NCBI GenBank assembly: GCA_036149055.1
Contig: JAYZQJ010000031.1
Coordinates: forward strand, 15,661-79,660
Reading direction: 5' to 3'
Source: Myxococcota bacterium
Lineage (GTDB): Bacteria; Myxococcota_A; Polyangia; Polyangiales; Sandaracinaceae
Length of the DNA: 64,000 nt
Shown piece after piece: positions 51,096 through 60,296 of the stretch. Both the position numbers and the translations under genes were made by a program. Position 1 is the stretch's first letter. The number at the start of each line of letters is the position of its first letter. The notes under the pieces were generated by a model. It ran no database searches, was not told where the DNA came from, and saw only the letters and a program-made list of their open reading frames with translations.

Positions 51096-52352
51096 GTGAA
51101 CGCGGCGAACGATCCCCACCTGACCCAGCGCGAAGGAGAGCTCCTCAGCACGACCGCCGCCGGCGAGCTCGTCCAGAGGCGGGTCCGGGTGCGCGTGGTC
51201 GCCGGGCCCACCGCCGGCGCGGAGCTCACCCTCGAGCGAGGCAGCCTGTTCATCGGGAGCGGGCCGCAGTCGGAGCTGCGGGTGGACGACGCGCGCGTGT
51301 CGCGGGCCCACGTGGAGATCGCGCTGCTGGCGAAGGGCGTGCGGGTGAAGGATCTCGGCAGCACGAACGGCACCTTCCTCGGCGACTCGCGGGTGGAGGC
51401 GATCGTGGTGGAGCCGCCGGTGGAGCTCCGGCTCGGCACGCGGACCCGGATCGAGCTGACCGCCGCCGACGTGCCGGCGCCGCCCGCCCCCTCCCCGCGC
51501 GCTCGCTTCGGCGGCCTCGTCGGCACGAGCGCGGCGATGCGGCAGGTGTTCGGGCTGCTCGAGCGGGTCGCCCCGAGCGCCGCCCCGGTGGTGATCGAGG
51601 GCGAGCGCGGCACCGGCAAGTCGACCGCCGCGGTGGCGCTGCACGAGTGCTCGCAGCGGGCGGGCGGGCCCCTGGAGCGGATCGACCTCCGTCAGCCGCT
51701 CGACCCGGGCGAGCTGGAGGAGCGGGTCGCGCGAGCGCGCGGCGGCAGCCTCCTGCTCGAGCACGTCGACGAGATCCCGGACTGGACGACCCGCGAGCTC
51801 CTGCCGCTGCTGGACGCGATCGAGCGGGGCGCGATCGACGCGCGCGTGCTCGCCACCAGCACCAGCGACCTCCGGGAGCGGGTCGAGCGGGGCGCCTGGA
51901 GCCGGGACCTCTTCTTCTCGCTCGCGGTGATCCGCGTGACGCTGCCGCCGCTGCGCGAGCGGCTCGAGGATCTGCCGGTCCTGATCGCGGCCCTCGGCCA
52001 GCAGCTCGCCGGCCGGGATCTCCAGATGACGCCCGCCGACCTCGCGCCGCTGCGCGCCCACCACTTCCCGGGCAACGTGCGGGAGCTGCGCGGCGCCATC
52101 GAGGAGGTCTTGATCCTGCGGCCGTCGGAGGCGGGCGAAGGCGCCAGCGATCCGGCGGGCGTCGCGGCGGCGGCGGATCTGGAGGGCGTGCCCTTCAAGG
52201 ACGCCAAGGCGCGGGTCGTCGACTCCTTCGAGCGCGAGTACGTGCGGCGGCTCCTCGAGCGCCACGACGGCAACGTCTCGCGCGCGGCCGAGGAGGCCGG
52301 CATCTCGCGCAACCACCTCACCTCCCTCGCGCAGAAGCACGGCCTGCGATGA
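51096..52352 (+). CDS. FHA + degenerate sigma54-activator AAA+ + Fis-HTH regulator
   Basis: VSRAH..DLGSTNGT; GERGTGKS; PPLRERLEDL; FPGNVRELR; GNVSRAA; no GAFTGA loop. Confidence 0.88.
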   Translation: MNAANDPHLTQREGELLSTTAAGELVQRRVRVRVVAGPTAGAELTLERGSLFIGSGPQSELRVDDARVSRAHVEIALLAKGVRVKDLGSTNGTFLGDSRVEAIVVEPPVELRLGTRTRIELTAADVPAPPAPSPRARFGGLVGTSAAMRQVFGLLERVAPSAAPVVIEGERGTGKSTAAVALHECSQRAGGPLERIDLRQPLDPGELEERVARARGGSLLLEHVDEIPDWTTRELLPLLDAIERGAIDARVLATSTSDLRERVERGAWSRDLFFSLAVIRVTLPPLRERLEDLPVLIAALGQQLAGRDLQMTPADLAPLRAHHFPGNVRELRGAIEEVLILRPSEAGEGASDPAGVAAAADLEGVPFKDAKARVVDSFEREYVRRLLERHDGNVSRAAEEAGISRNHLTSLAQKHGLR

Positions 52353-53731
52353 GGCGGATCGCCGCGATCGGCCTGCTCGCGCTCCTCGTGGGCTGCGACC
52401 CGCCCGGCTTCCTGCTGCTGGTGAACGTGCGCACCGATCTGCAGCCCGGGGCCGAGTTCCAGGAGGTGTCGGTCGAGCTGGTCGAGCCGGCGCGGCCGGG
52501 CGACGCGGGCGCCGGGCGGATCTACGCGGTCTCGCCGGAGGACGACTTCCTGCCCGGCGTGACCCAGGTCGCCGCGATCGCGGACCTGCCGCCGGGGCCG
52601 CTCACCGCCCGGGTCTCGCTCCTCCACGAGGGCCGACCGCGGCTGACCCGCAACGTGCGGCTGATGCTCGACGGTCCGCAGGCGCTGGTGGTCCTCCTCA
52701 CCCGCAGCTGCGAGAGCCTCGTGTGCCCCCAGGACGGCGACGACCCCGAGGCCACCGAGTGCCTGGGCAACGCGTGCGTCGATCCTCGATGCACGCCCGA
52801 CACGCCCGAGCACTGCCCGGTCCCGTGCGCGGCCGACGCGGACTGCGTCGACGCCGTCGCCCCGTGTCACGACGCGCAGTGCGTCGAGGGCGCCTGCTAC
52901 GGGCGGCCGCGCTGCGTGAGCGGCGAGTACTGCCACGCCTCCGGCGACTGCGAGCCCACCCTCTGCCGGGACGCCGCGCCCGAGGACGACGTGCCCTGCG
53001 GAGAGTTCGACGAGGTCTGCGTCGACGGCGCCTGCCGGGGCCCGTGCACCGACCAGCCCGAGGGCGCGAGCTGCGGCGAGAACGGCGAGGCATGCACGAT
53101 GGGCGCCTGCGTGGGGCCGTGCACCGGTCAGCCCGAGGGCACGCCCTGCGGCGGGCCGGACGAGGTCTGCACCGCCGACGGCGCCTGCCTCGGGCCCTGC
53201 ACCGGCCGCGCGGACGGCGAGCGCTGCGGCGCGACCAGCCGCACGAGCTGGACGAGCTGCCGCTACGACGGGCCCTGCGACGACCGAGGGCAGCGGTCCC
53301 GCACCGTCACGACCTACGCGTGCGAGGCCGAGGTGTGCGTGCGCCGGCGCGCCCAGGAGACCGATCGCTGCGACCGCACCGTGCAGAACGGCAAGTCGTG
53401 CGGAGGCCGCTGGCGCCGCTGCTGCTCGGGCTCCTGCGTGGATCTCCGGGACGACCGGAACTGCGGGGCGTGCCGGGTGAACTGCCGCTCCGAGGGCCTG
53501 CGCTGCCAGGGCACGGGCACCGGCGGCTACAGCTGCCGACGCTGCGCCACCACGCCCCAGTGCCAGCGCCTCCTCAACGGCGCCGCCACCTGCTGGCCCG
53601 AGGGCGGCGACGGCTGCGAGTGCCAGTGCGGCTCCAACGGGGTCTGCCGCGGCGGCGGCTGCGGCAGCAACTTCTATTGCCATGACTGCCCCGGACGAAA
53701 CTTCTGCGCCCCCTTCGGCGGAGGGTGTTGA
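52349..53731 (+). CDS. Cys-rich lipoprotein
   Basis: Lipobox LVG-C; repeated GPCTxxxxGxxCG modules; ATG overlaps the upstream stop. Confidence 0.8.
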   Translation: MRRIAAIGLLALLVGCDPPGFLLLVNVRTDLQPGAEFQEVSVELVEPARPGDAGAGRIYAVSPEDDFLPGVTQVAAIADLPPGPLTARVSLLHEGRPRLTRNVRLMLDGPQALVVLLTRSCESLVCPQDGDDPEATECLGNACVDPRCTPDTPEHCPVPCAADADCVDAVAPCHDAQCVEGACYGRPRCVSGEYCHASGDCEPTLCRDAAPEDDVPCGEFDEVCVDGACRGPCTDQPEGASCGENGEACTMGACVGPCTGQPEGTPCGGPDEVCTADGACLGPCTGRADGERCGATSRTSWTSCRYDGPCDDRGQRSRTVTTYACEAEVCVRRRAQETDRCDRTVQNGKSCGGRWRRCCSGSCVDLRDDRNCGACRVNCRSEGLRCQGTGTGGYSCRRCATTPQCQRLLNGAATCWPEGGDGCECQCGSNGVCRGGGCGSNFYCHDCPGRNFCAPFGGGC

Positions 53732-53756
53732 GCGCGGAGCCTGCTATCGTGGGGCG

Positions 53757-55439
53757 GTGCCCGGACCGCTCCGCTTCGGACCGTACGAGCTGCTGTTCCG
53801 GGTCGCGTCCGGCGGCATGGCGGAGGTCTTCGCCGCGCGGCGCGAGGGCGCGGGCGGCTTCGAGCGGCTGTTCGCGATCAAGCGCATGGTCCCGCACCTC
53901 GCCGAGAACGAGGCGTTCGTGCGCATGTTCCTCGACGAGGCCCGGGTCGCGGTGCACGTCGACAGCCCCCACGTCGTCGCGACGCACGACCTCGGGCGGA
54001 CCGACGACGGCGCGCTCTACATCGCGCTCGAGCTGGTGGTCGGGGTCACGCTGGCCGAGCTCGTCGCGGACGCCGAGCGCCGGGACGCGCCGCTCCCCCT
54101 GGACGTCACGCTCGAGGTGCTCGCGCAGGCGGCGGACGGGCTGCACGACGCGCACGAGGCGAAGACGCCGGACGGAAGGCCGCTCTCGATCGTTCACCGC
54201 GACGTCTCGCCCCAGAACGTGCTCGTCGGGGTCGACGGTCGCGCGAAGGTGAGCGACTTCGGCGTGGCCACCGCCGCGGTGGACCGCTTCGCCTACACGG
54301 AGCCGGGCCAGCGCAAGGGCAAGTGGAGTTACTTCTCGCCCGAGCAGAGCCGCGCCGAGAAGCTCGACCGGCGCTCGGACGTGTTCGCGCTCGGGGTGGT
54401 CGCCTGGGAGGCGATCGCGGGGCGGCGCCTCTTCACCGGGCCGACGCCGGCCGAGGTGATCATCGCGCTGCGGACCGCGCCCATCCCGCCGCTGGAGGCG
54501 CTGCGCCCGGACCTGCCGGCGGCGGCGGCGGCGGCGATCGCGAGGGCCCTCGAGCGCGACGTGGACCGGCGCCTGCCGACGGCGGCCGCGCTGGCGGCGG
54601 GGCTCCGGGCCGGCGCCCGGGAGGCCGGGCTCGCCGCCGGCCCCGCGCGGGTCGCCGCCTACCTCGAGGCCGCCCGCCTGCCCCGCGTCGAGTCCCTCCG
54701 CGCGCGCCTCCGGGCCTGCGGGCAGGAGGCGCCGGGCACGGCCCCCGCGGTGGCGCTCCCGGGGACGCAGGCAGGGACGAACGCCGGCACCGCCGCCGCC
54801 ACGGCGCCCGGGACGCTGCCGTCCGAGACGCTGCCGCCCGAGTCGTTGGCCCCCGAGACGCTGCCCGTCGAGACGGCGCCCACGCGGACGCTGCCCGCAG
54901 GCCCGGGAGCCCACGACACGACCTCGACCGGGCCGCCCACCCTCCCCGCCGAGGCGACGGTGCAGCGCGAGGCGCCCGGTCGGTGGCGGCTCCCGCTCGC
55001 CGGGCTCGGGGCCCTCGCGGTGGCGGGCGCGGTCTTCGCCGCGTGGCCTCGGGGCGCGACCGAGGAGGCGACGCCGCGGCCCGCGCGCTCGACGGAGGTG
55101 ACCGGCATGACGCCGGAGGGACCTCGGGTCGAGGAGCCCTCGACGCCAGCCACTCCGCTGGCCATTCCGCCGGAGCCGACCCCGCAGCCGACCGGGCAGC
55201 CGACCCGGGTCGCCGCCCCGGCCGAGCCGACGCGTCCGCCTCCCGAGCCCGCCGCCCCGGAGGCCTCGCGAGAGGCCCGGTCCGCATCGCGCGCGGCTCG
55301 ACGGCGCCGATCCCGGGCCGCGCGATCGACCACGCCCACCCGCGACGCGCCCGCGGTGGGCCGGCCGGCCCGGCTCGACGCCTTCGACCGTGGGCTCCGC
55401 AGCCGCGCGCGCGTGGACCCGGACCGGTCGACGGAGTAG
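53757..55439 (+). CDS. Transmembrane Ser/Thr protein kinase
   Basis: ASGGMAEV, AIKR, HRDVSPQN, DFG, GKWSYFSPE; start uncertain. Confidence 0.92.
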   Translation: MPGPLRFGPYELLFRVASGGMAEVFAARREGAGGFERLFAIKRMVPHLAENEAFVRMFLDEARVAVHVDSPHVVATHDLGRTDDGALYIALELVVGVTLAELVADAERRDAPLPLDVTLEVLAQAADGLHDAHEAKTPDGRPLSIVHRDVSPQNVLVGVDGRAKVSDFGVATAAVDRFAYTEPGQRKGKWSYFSPEQSRAEKLDRRSDVFALGVVAWEAIAGRRLFTGPTPAEVIIALRTAPIPPLEALRPDLPAAAAAAIARALERDVDRRLPTAAALAAGLRAGAREAGLAAGPARVAAYLEAARLPRVESLRARLRACGQEAPGTAPAVALPGTQAGTNAGTAAATAPGTLPSETLPPESLAPETLPVETAPTRTLPAGPGAHDTTSTGPPTLPAEATVQREAPGRWRLPLAGLGALAVAGAVFAAWPRGATEEATPRPARSTEVTGMTPEGPRVEEPSTPATPLAIPPEPTPQPTGQPTRVAAPAEPTRPPPEPAAPEASREARSASRAARRRRSRAARSTTPTRDAPAVGRPARLDAFDRGLRSRARVDPDRSTE

Positions 55440-55448
55440 CGTCCCCGG

Positions 55449-56162
55449 ATGCTCTCTCGATGGGCCGCGCTGGCGCTCGCCCTCACGCTGACCGCGCCGG
55501 CGACGTCCTCGGCGCAGGCGGAGGGCGACGTGGACCGCGCCCGGGCGCGCTACGCCGAGGGGCTCGCCGCGGTCGACGAGGCGCGCTGGGGAGACGCGCT
55601 CGAGGCCTTCGAGGCGTCGTACGCGCTGAGCGGGGTGGGCGCCGCCCTGTTCAACGTCGCCACGACCTTGCGGGCGCTCGGGCGGCACGTCGACGCGAGG
55701 GCCGCGCTCGAGCGGCTCCTCGCCGCCCACCCCGAGCTGGACCCGGAGATGCGCGCCGCCGCCGACGCGATGCTGCGCGAGGAGCGGGCGAGGGTCGCGA
55801 CCCTCGTGCTCGCCGGCCTCCCCCCGCCGCCCGCGCCGCGCGCCCTGCTCGACGGCGTCGAGGTGGCGGACGACGGCGCGCGGCCCCTCCGCCTCGCCGT
55901 CGATCCGGGCCCCCGGCACGTGGTGGTGACCGCGGACGGGCGCGCACCGTTCGAGTGGCGAGGGACCCTCGCGGACGGCGCGATCGAGCGCGTCGACGTG
56001 CGCCTGGCCCCGGCGGCGACGGGAGGCGACGACCCCGAGATCCTGCTGTGGATCCTCGCCGCCTGCGGCGTGGCCCTCGCGGCCGGCGCGGTGGCCCTCG
56101 GCTGGGCCGTCTGGGAGGCGGACGAGCCCCGCCCCGACGGCCCGCAGGTGATCCGGCTGTGA
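55449..56162 (+). CDS. TPR/PEGA-like membrane protein
   Basis: Signal peptide, ARARYAEG..ALEAFEASY..LFN TPR, beta-rich VDPGPRHV domain, C-terminal TM. Confidence 0.75.
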   Translation: MLSRWAALALALTLTAPATSSAQAEGDVDRARARYAEGLAAVDEARWGDALEAFEASYALSGVGAALFNVATTLRALGRHVDARAALERLLAAHPELDPEMRAAADAMLREERARVATLVLAGLPPPPAPRALLDGVEVADDGARPLRLAVDPGPRHVVVTADGRAPFEWRGTLADGAIERVDVRLAPAATGGDDPEILLWILAACGVALAAGAVALGWAVWEADEPRPDGPQVIRL

Positions 56163-56620
56163 GGCGCGCGCCGCTCGCGATCGCCGCGCTCGCCCTCGCG
56201 AGCTGCAGCCACGGCGCGGTGCTCGAGCTCAGCCTCGAGCTGCCCGATCGCGGCGACGCGCGCTTCGCGGTGCTCGACGCCGCGCCCGGCGCCCCGCCCG
56301 ACGGCGCCGGCCCGACCGTCGCGTTCGCGCCCGGCGACGAGGCCCACGTGAGCCTGGTGGCCGGCGCCGACCTCGAGGCCCCCCTTCACGTGCGGGTGCG
56401 CTTCTGCGAGGCCCCGGACTGCGCCGGCGAGCCGTCCCCGCCGACGGTGCGCGCCCGCATCGAGCGCGCCTTCTACCCCGGCGTGAAGACCTCGCTCACC
56501 CTCGCGGTGCCGCCCCCGCCCGCCACGCTCGAGATCGACGCCTGCCGCGTGCAGGGCTGCATCGAAGGCCGCGGCGCCGCGCTCTACTGCGTCGACGGCA
56601 CCCACGTCTGCGAGCTGTAG
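56159..56620 (+). CDS. Small hypothetical lipoprotein
   Basis: GTG overlapping the upstream stop; lipobox LAS-C; Cys-rich end. Confidence 0.65.
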   Translation: MRRAPLAIAALALASCSHGAVLELSLELPDRGDARFAVLDAAPGAPPDGAGPTVAFAPGDEAHVSLVAGADLEAPLHVRVRFCEAPDCAGEPSPPTVRARIERAFYPGVKTSLTLAVPPPPATLEIDACRVQGCIEGRGAALYCVDGTHVCEL

Positions 56621-56691
56621 CCGGCACCCCGCCGCTTCTCTCGAGAGCCGGCAGACGATGGCGTGGGACCCGCCACGCCGCTTCCGCGACG

Positions 56692-56791
56692 CCCCCCCCC
56701 GGCTGACCTGTCTCTGCGGAGGGTGCGGAGGCACCCGGAGCGGAGACAGGTCTGACGGCGCAGCGGGGGGGAGGGGCTGAAAGCCCCTCCC
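56692..56791. repeat. Structured palindromic element between convergent genes
   Basis: gacctgtctctgc-gga-gggtgc-ggag-gcaccc-gga-gcggagacaggtc, plus gggaggggct-gaa-agcccctccc. Confidence 0.6.
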
Positions 56792-56793
56792 AG

Positions 56794-57930
56794 CTACTGC
56801 AACGCGAAGGGGAGCAGCCAGCCGAGCACGAAGCCGACGCCGAGCAGGGTCAGGGCGACGCGCCACAGCGGCGGCAGGGGGCGACGGGCGGTCGCGGGGG
56901 GCGGCGGCGCGCCGCTGACGCGGTGGACGTAGCGGCGCTGGTCGGCCAGGGCGTCGGCGTGGCGCGCGTCGAGCAGGCGGCCGATCGCGGGCGTCTCCCC
57001 GCGGAGGGCGAGCTCGGCGGCCACCGCCTCGAGCCGGCCGGCGACCAGGCCCGCCGTGGCCGGGCGCCGCGACGGCGTGGTCTCGAGCAGCTCCCGCAGC
57101 AGCACCGCGAGGCTCGGCGGCACGTCGGGGCGGTGGGCCCGGACGTCCTCCGGGGGCCGCCCCTGGAGCACCGCGTAGGCGCGCCCGACCCCGCCCTCCT
57201 CGCCGAAGGGGTGGCAGCCCGCGAGCAGCTCGTAGAGCACGACCCCGAGCGCGAAGAGATCGCTCCGGGCGTCGATCTTCGCGTGCGCGAGCTGCTCGGG
57301 CGACATGTACGAGAAGCGGCCCTTGTGGGTGCCGGCCACCGTGCGGGTCACCCGGCCCGTCGCCTTGGCCACCCCGAAGTCGAGCACCCGCGCCACCCCG
57401 TCGACGCCGACCAGGATGTTCGGGGGCGAGACGTCGCGGTGCACCAGATCGAGGGGCAGGCCGTCTTCGTCGACCGCCTCGTGCGCCGCGTGCAGCCCGC
57501 GCGCGACCTGGGTCATCACCTCGACGCAGAACGCCACCGGGAGCGGCGCGTCCCCCTTCATGATGTCGCGGAGCGTGAGTCCCTCGACGTACTCGGTGGC
57601 GATGAAGGGGCCGCCGTCGTCGAAGCCGACCTCGGTGACCGCCACCACGTTCGGGTGCCGCACCGCCCGCGCGATCCGCGCCTCGTCGAGGAACATGTCG
57701 ACGACCTCGGGGTCGTCGCGGTCCGACTCGAACATGCGCTTCACCGCGAAGAGGTCGGCGCTGCCGGGGCGGCGCGCGAGCTCGATCACGCCCATGCCGC
57801 CGTGGGCGAGGGCGGCGAGGCGCTCGAAGGGCACCGGGGCGCGCGTCACCGAGGGCTCGAGATCCTCGACGACCGTGCGCTCGTCATCGACCCCGAAGTC
57901 GTCCTCGTCGAACCGAACCGCTTGGAGCAT
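56794..57930 (-). CDS. Ser/Thr protein kinase with a C-terminal TM
   Basis: HGGMG, AVKR, HRDVSPPN, DFG, YMSPE, SDLFALG. Confidence 0.93.
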   Translation of the reverse strand: MLQAVRFDEDDFGVDDERTVVEDLEPSVTRAPVPFERLAALAHGGMGVIELARRPGSADLFAVKRMFESDRDDPEVVDMFLDEARIARAVRHPNVVAVTEVGFDDGGPFIATEYVEGLTLRDIMKGDAPLPVAFCVEVMTQVARGLHAAHEAVDEDGLPLDLVHRDVSPPNILVGVDGVARVLDFGVAKATGRVTRTVAGTHKGRFSYMSPEQLAHAKIDARSDLFALGVVLYELLAGCHPFGEEGGVGRAYAVLQGRPPEDVRAHRPDVPPSLAVLLRELLETTPSRRPATAGLVAGRLEAVAAELALRGETPAIGRLLDARHADALADQRRYVHRVSGAPPPPATARRPLPPLWRVALTLLGVGFVLGWLLPFALQ

Positions 57931-58043
57931 GCGCCCTCCCCTGGAAGCCTCGAACGTGGCCCGCGGCCAGCCGGCTCACCCGGTTCTGGCGCGATCTGAT
58001 GAATCCCTGGCGCCCTCCGGGCTGGATCGGGCACTGTCTGGCC

Positions 58044-58622
58044 ATGCTGGATGCGGTGCGGGGGACGCTCGAGCGCGAGGGCATGCTGCTCGTGCAGGAC
58101 GCGAAGCTGCCGAGCCTGGTGACCCTCGTCGCCGGCGAGGCCATCCGGGGATCGTGGTGGGGGCACGCGAGGAGCGAGGCGATCTTCGGGGTCATTCAGG
58201 CGATCGAGGACGATCCCGACGTGGCGCGTTTCAAGGTGCTCGACGGCAAGGTCGCGCTGGTGCACCGCGCGCTGTGGTCGGCGCTCGCCTGCATCGGCCG
58301 GGCCCAGGAGCCCTGGCAGATGCGCGACCTCGGCCCCTTCGCGGAGGCCCTCCTCACCCGGGTCGACGGCGGCGAGCGCGTGCAGGAGACCGGCCCCCAC
58401 GTGAAGGAGCTGGAGCGACGCCTCCTCGTCGTCGGCGACCAGAAGCACGTCGAGACCGGTGAGCACCGCACGGAGCTGGTGAGCTGGAAGGTCTTCGCGA
58501 AGGCGCACGACGTCTCGCTCCGCCGCCGCTCCACCGCCAAGGCGAAGGCCGAGCTCGAGGAGGTGCGTGACCGCTGGGCCGAGCAGACCGGCAAGCGCGC
58601 CAAGCTGCCCTGGGACGGGTGA
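58044..58622 (+). CDS. Conserved hypothetical protein (GSWWGH motif)
   Basis: Coding-like composition; PSLV..GEAIRGSWWGH..KV..VHRALW. Confidence 0.65.
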   Translation: MLDAVRGTLEREGMLLVQDAKLPSLVTLVAGEAIRGSWWGHARSEAIFGVIQAIEDDPDVARFKVLDGKVALVHRALWSALACIGRAQEPWQMRDLGPFAEALLTRVDGGERVQETGPHVKELERRLLVVGDQKHVETGEHRTELVSWKVFAKAHDVSLRRRSTAKAKAELEEVRDRWAEQTGKRAKLPWDG

Positions 58623-58627
58623 CGCCT

Positions 58628-59584
58628 CTACTCGAGCGCGAAGAGCTGCACGTTCGCGACCGCGACCACCTCGCTCGGCTCGCTCGCGTCCACCAGCTGC
58701 CGCAGGGACTGCATGTAGCGGACGTGGAGCCCGCGCAGCTTCTGGAGGTCCTCGCGGGACAGGGCGACGACCGCCCAGGAGAAGAGCCCGTCGTCGCCGG
58801 CCTCCAGGCGCGCGCGCCCGACGTCGACCCAGTGCAGCTTCAGGCGCCGTCGCATCGCGTCGCTCGCCATCGAGGTGTCGACCGCCACCGGCTCGGTCGC
58901 CCAGCGCTCGCCGTCCCAGCGCACCAGCCCCGCGGAGGCCAGCGCGGCGAGCGACGCCTCCTCGTCGGCCTTCGGGACGCGCAGCCGCCGCGCGAGCCAG
59001 CCCACCCGGTGGCGCGGGAGCGCGCGGTAGTCCTCGGTCTCGAGCTGGCGGAGGATCGCCTGCGACCAGGGATGCGTGAAGGCGACGTTGCGCCGGGTGG
59101 TCAGCTCCTCCCACGCCGCGCGGATCTCGGGCAGCGCGTCCGGCGACGCGAGCGCCACCGCGAAGTCGACCACCCGGAAGGTCAGCGCCTCGATCAGCGA
59201 CAGCAGCTCGGAGGCCCGGGGCTCGCTCTGCCCGCGCAGCCAGCGGGAGGCGGTGTAGCGGCTGACCCCGCAGCGCTCGGCGACGTCGACCACCCGCGTC
59301 TCGCCGCGGAGCTGCCCGATGAGGGCCGCGACGCCCTCGGGCGAGCAGAGATCGGCCTCCTCGAGGTGCACGGGGAAGCTCGCGAGCGCGGCCTCCGGGT
59401 CGCTCCCGGTGCGCGCCACCACCCGGAAGAGCTCCGACGCCGACGGCTCCCGGCGCCCGCTCTCCCAGGTGTAGACGACGTTCGAGCGGTAGCCGAGCCG
59501 GCGGCTGAGCGCGGTCTGGGACCGACGGCCCCGCCGCGCCCGCACCAGCTGCCGCACCAGGCGCCCCGCGTCGAGCTCGAGCAT
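58628..59584 (-). CDS. Double XRE-HTH regulator with a DUF4423-like C-terminus
   Basis: SQTALSRRLG..WESGRREP and VAERCGVSRYTASRWLRGQSEP; ends in VANVQLF. Confidence 0.8.
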   Translation of the reverse strand: MLELDAGRLVRQLVRARRGRRSQTALSRRLGYRSNVVYTWESGRREPSASELFRVVARTGSDPEAALASFPVHLEEADLCSPEGVAALIGQLRGETRVVDVAERCGVSRYTASRWLRGQSEPRASELLSLIEALTFRVVDFAVALASPDALPEIRAAWEELTTRRNVAFTHPWSQAILRQLETEDYRALPRHRVGWLARRLRVPKADEEASLAALASAGLVRWDGERWATEPVAVDTSMASDAMRRRLKLHWVDVGRARLEAGDDGLFSWAVVALSREDLQKLRGLHVRYMQSLRQLVDASEPSEVVAVANVQLFALE

Positions 59585-59694
59585 ATGTCAGAGATGCACG
59601 TCGACGCCCACCTGTGCCAGACGAAAAGTGCGAATCCGTCATAGGCAGCCCTGGTCCGGGCTCCGGGGCCTCGTTACGTTCGTCAGACCCCGCG

Positions 59695-60264
59695 ATGCCG
59701 CCTCGAACCCTCGCGATCGGAACCTGGACGCTCCTGCTCGCCGCGTGCGCGGGCGGGCAGACGGGGGAGATCACCGAGCTCGGGGCCTGCCGCGAGCCGC
59801 TCGGCGAGGTCGCGACCGACGACGCCTCCGAGGCGGGCGCGCCGGCCGAGACGCAGCTGGCCCGGCTGACCACGACCGCCGAGGGCACGCTTGCCTGGGC
59901 CGACGGCGCCGACGCCGCGCTCACCGTCACCCTCGCGCTCGCGGGCGAGCCGGCCACCCTGGTCGGCGGCGAGGGCTGCGAGCGGCCCTTCCTGCATGTC
60001 CCGATCACGGTGGGCCTGCGCACCGCCGACGGCGCGCTCGACGAGACCCTGGAGGGCGCGATCGCGCTCCAGGATCACGACCGCGCCGCCGCCCACGCCC
60101 GGCTCCCGCTCGCCGCGCTGCGCGGCACGTTGACGCTCGACGGCGTCGACCCCGAGACGGCCACGCTGCTGGTGGAGCTCGACGTCTCCACCGACGCGCT
60201 CGGCGGCCAGCTCTTCGTCCGCCCGAGCGAGGCCGAAGACGAACGCCGCCTGGCGACCTTCTGA
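59695..60264 (+). CDS. Hypothetical lipoprotein
   Basis: Lipobox LAA-C; divergent from the HTH regulator. Confidence 0.65.
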   Translation: MPPRTLAIGTWTLLLAACAGGQTGEITELGACREPLGEVATDDASEAGAPAETQLARLTTTAEGTLAWADGADAALTVTLALAGEPATLVGGEGCERPFLHVPITVGLRTADGALDETLEGAIALQDHDRAAAHARLPLAALRGTLTLDGVDPETATLLVELDVSTDALGGQLFVRPSEAEDERRLATF

Positions 60265-60296
60265 CCGCTTCACTTGCTCGAGAGAGAGTCCATCCG

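Noticed and set aside
48191..51619. 1142-aa antiporter fusion
   Set aside because: Only the C-terminal ~540 aa are CPA1-like; the extension is antisense to the amidase and regulator genes
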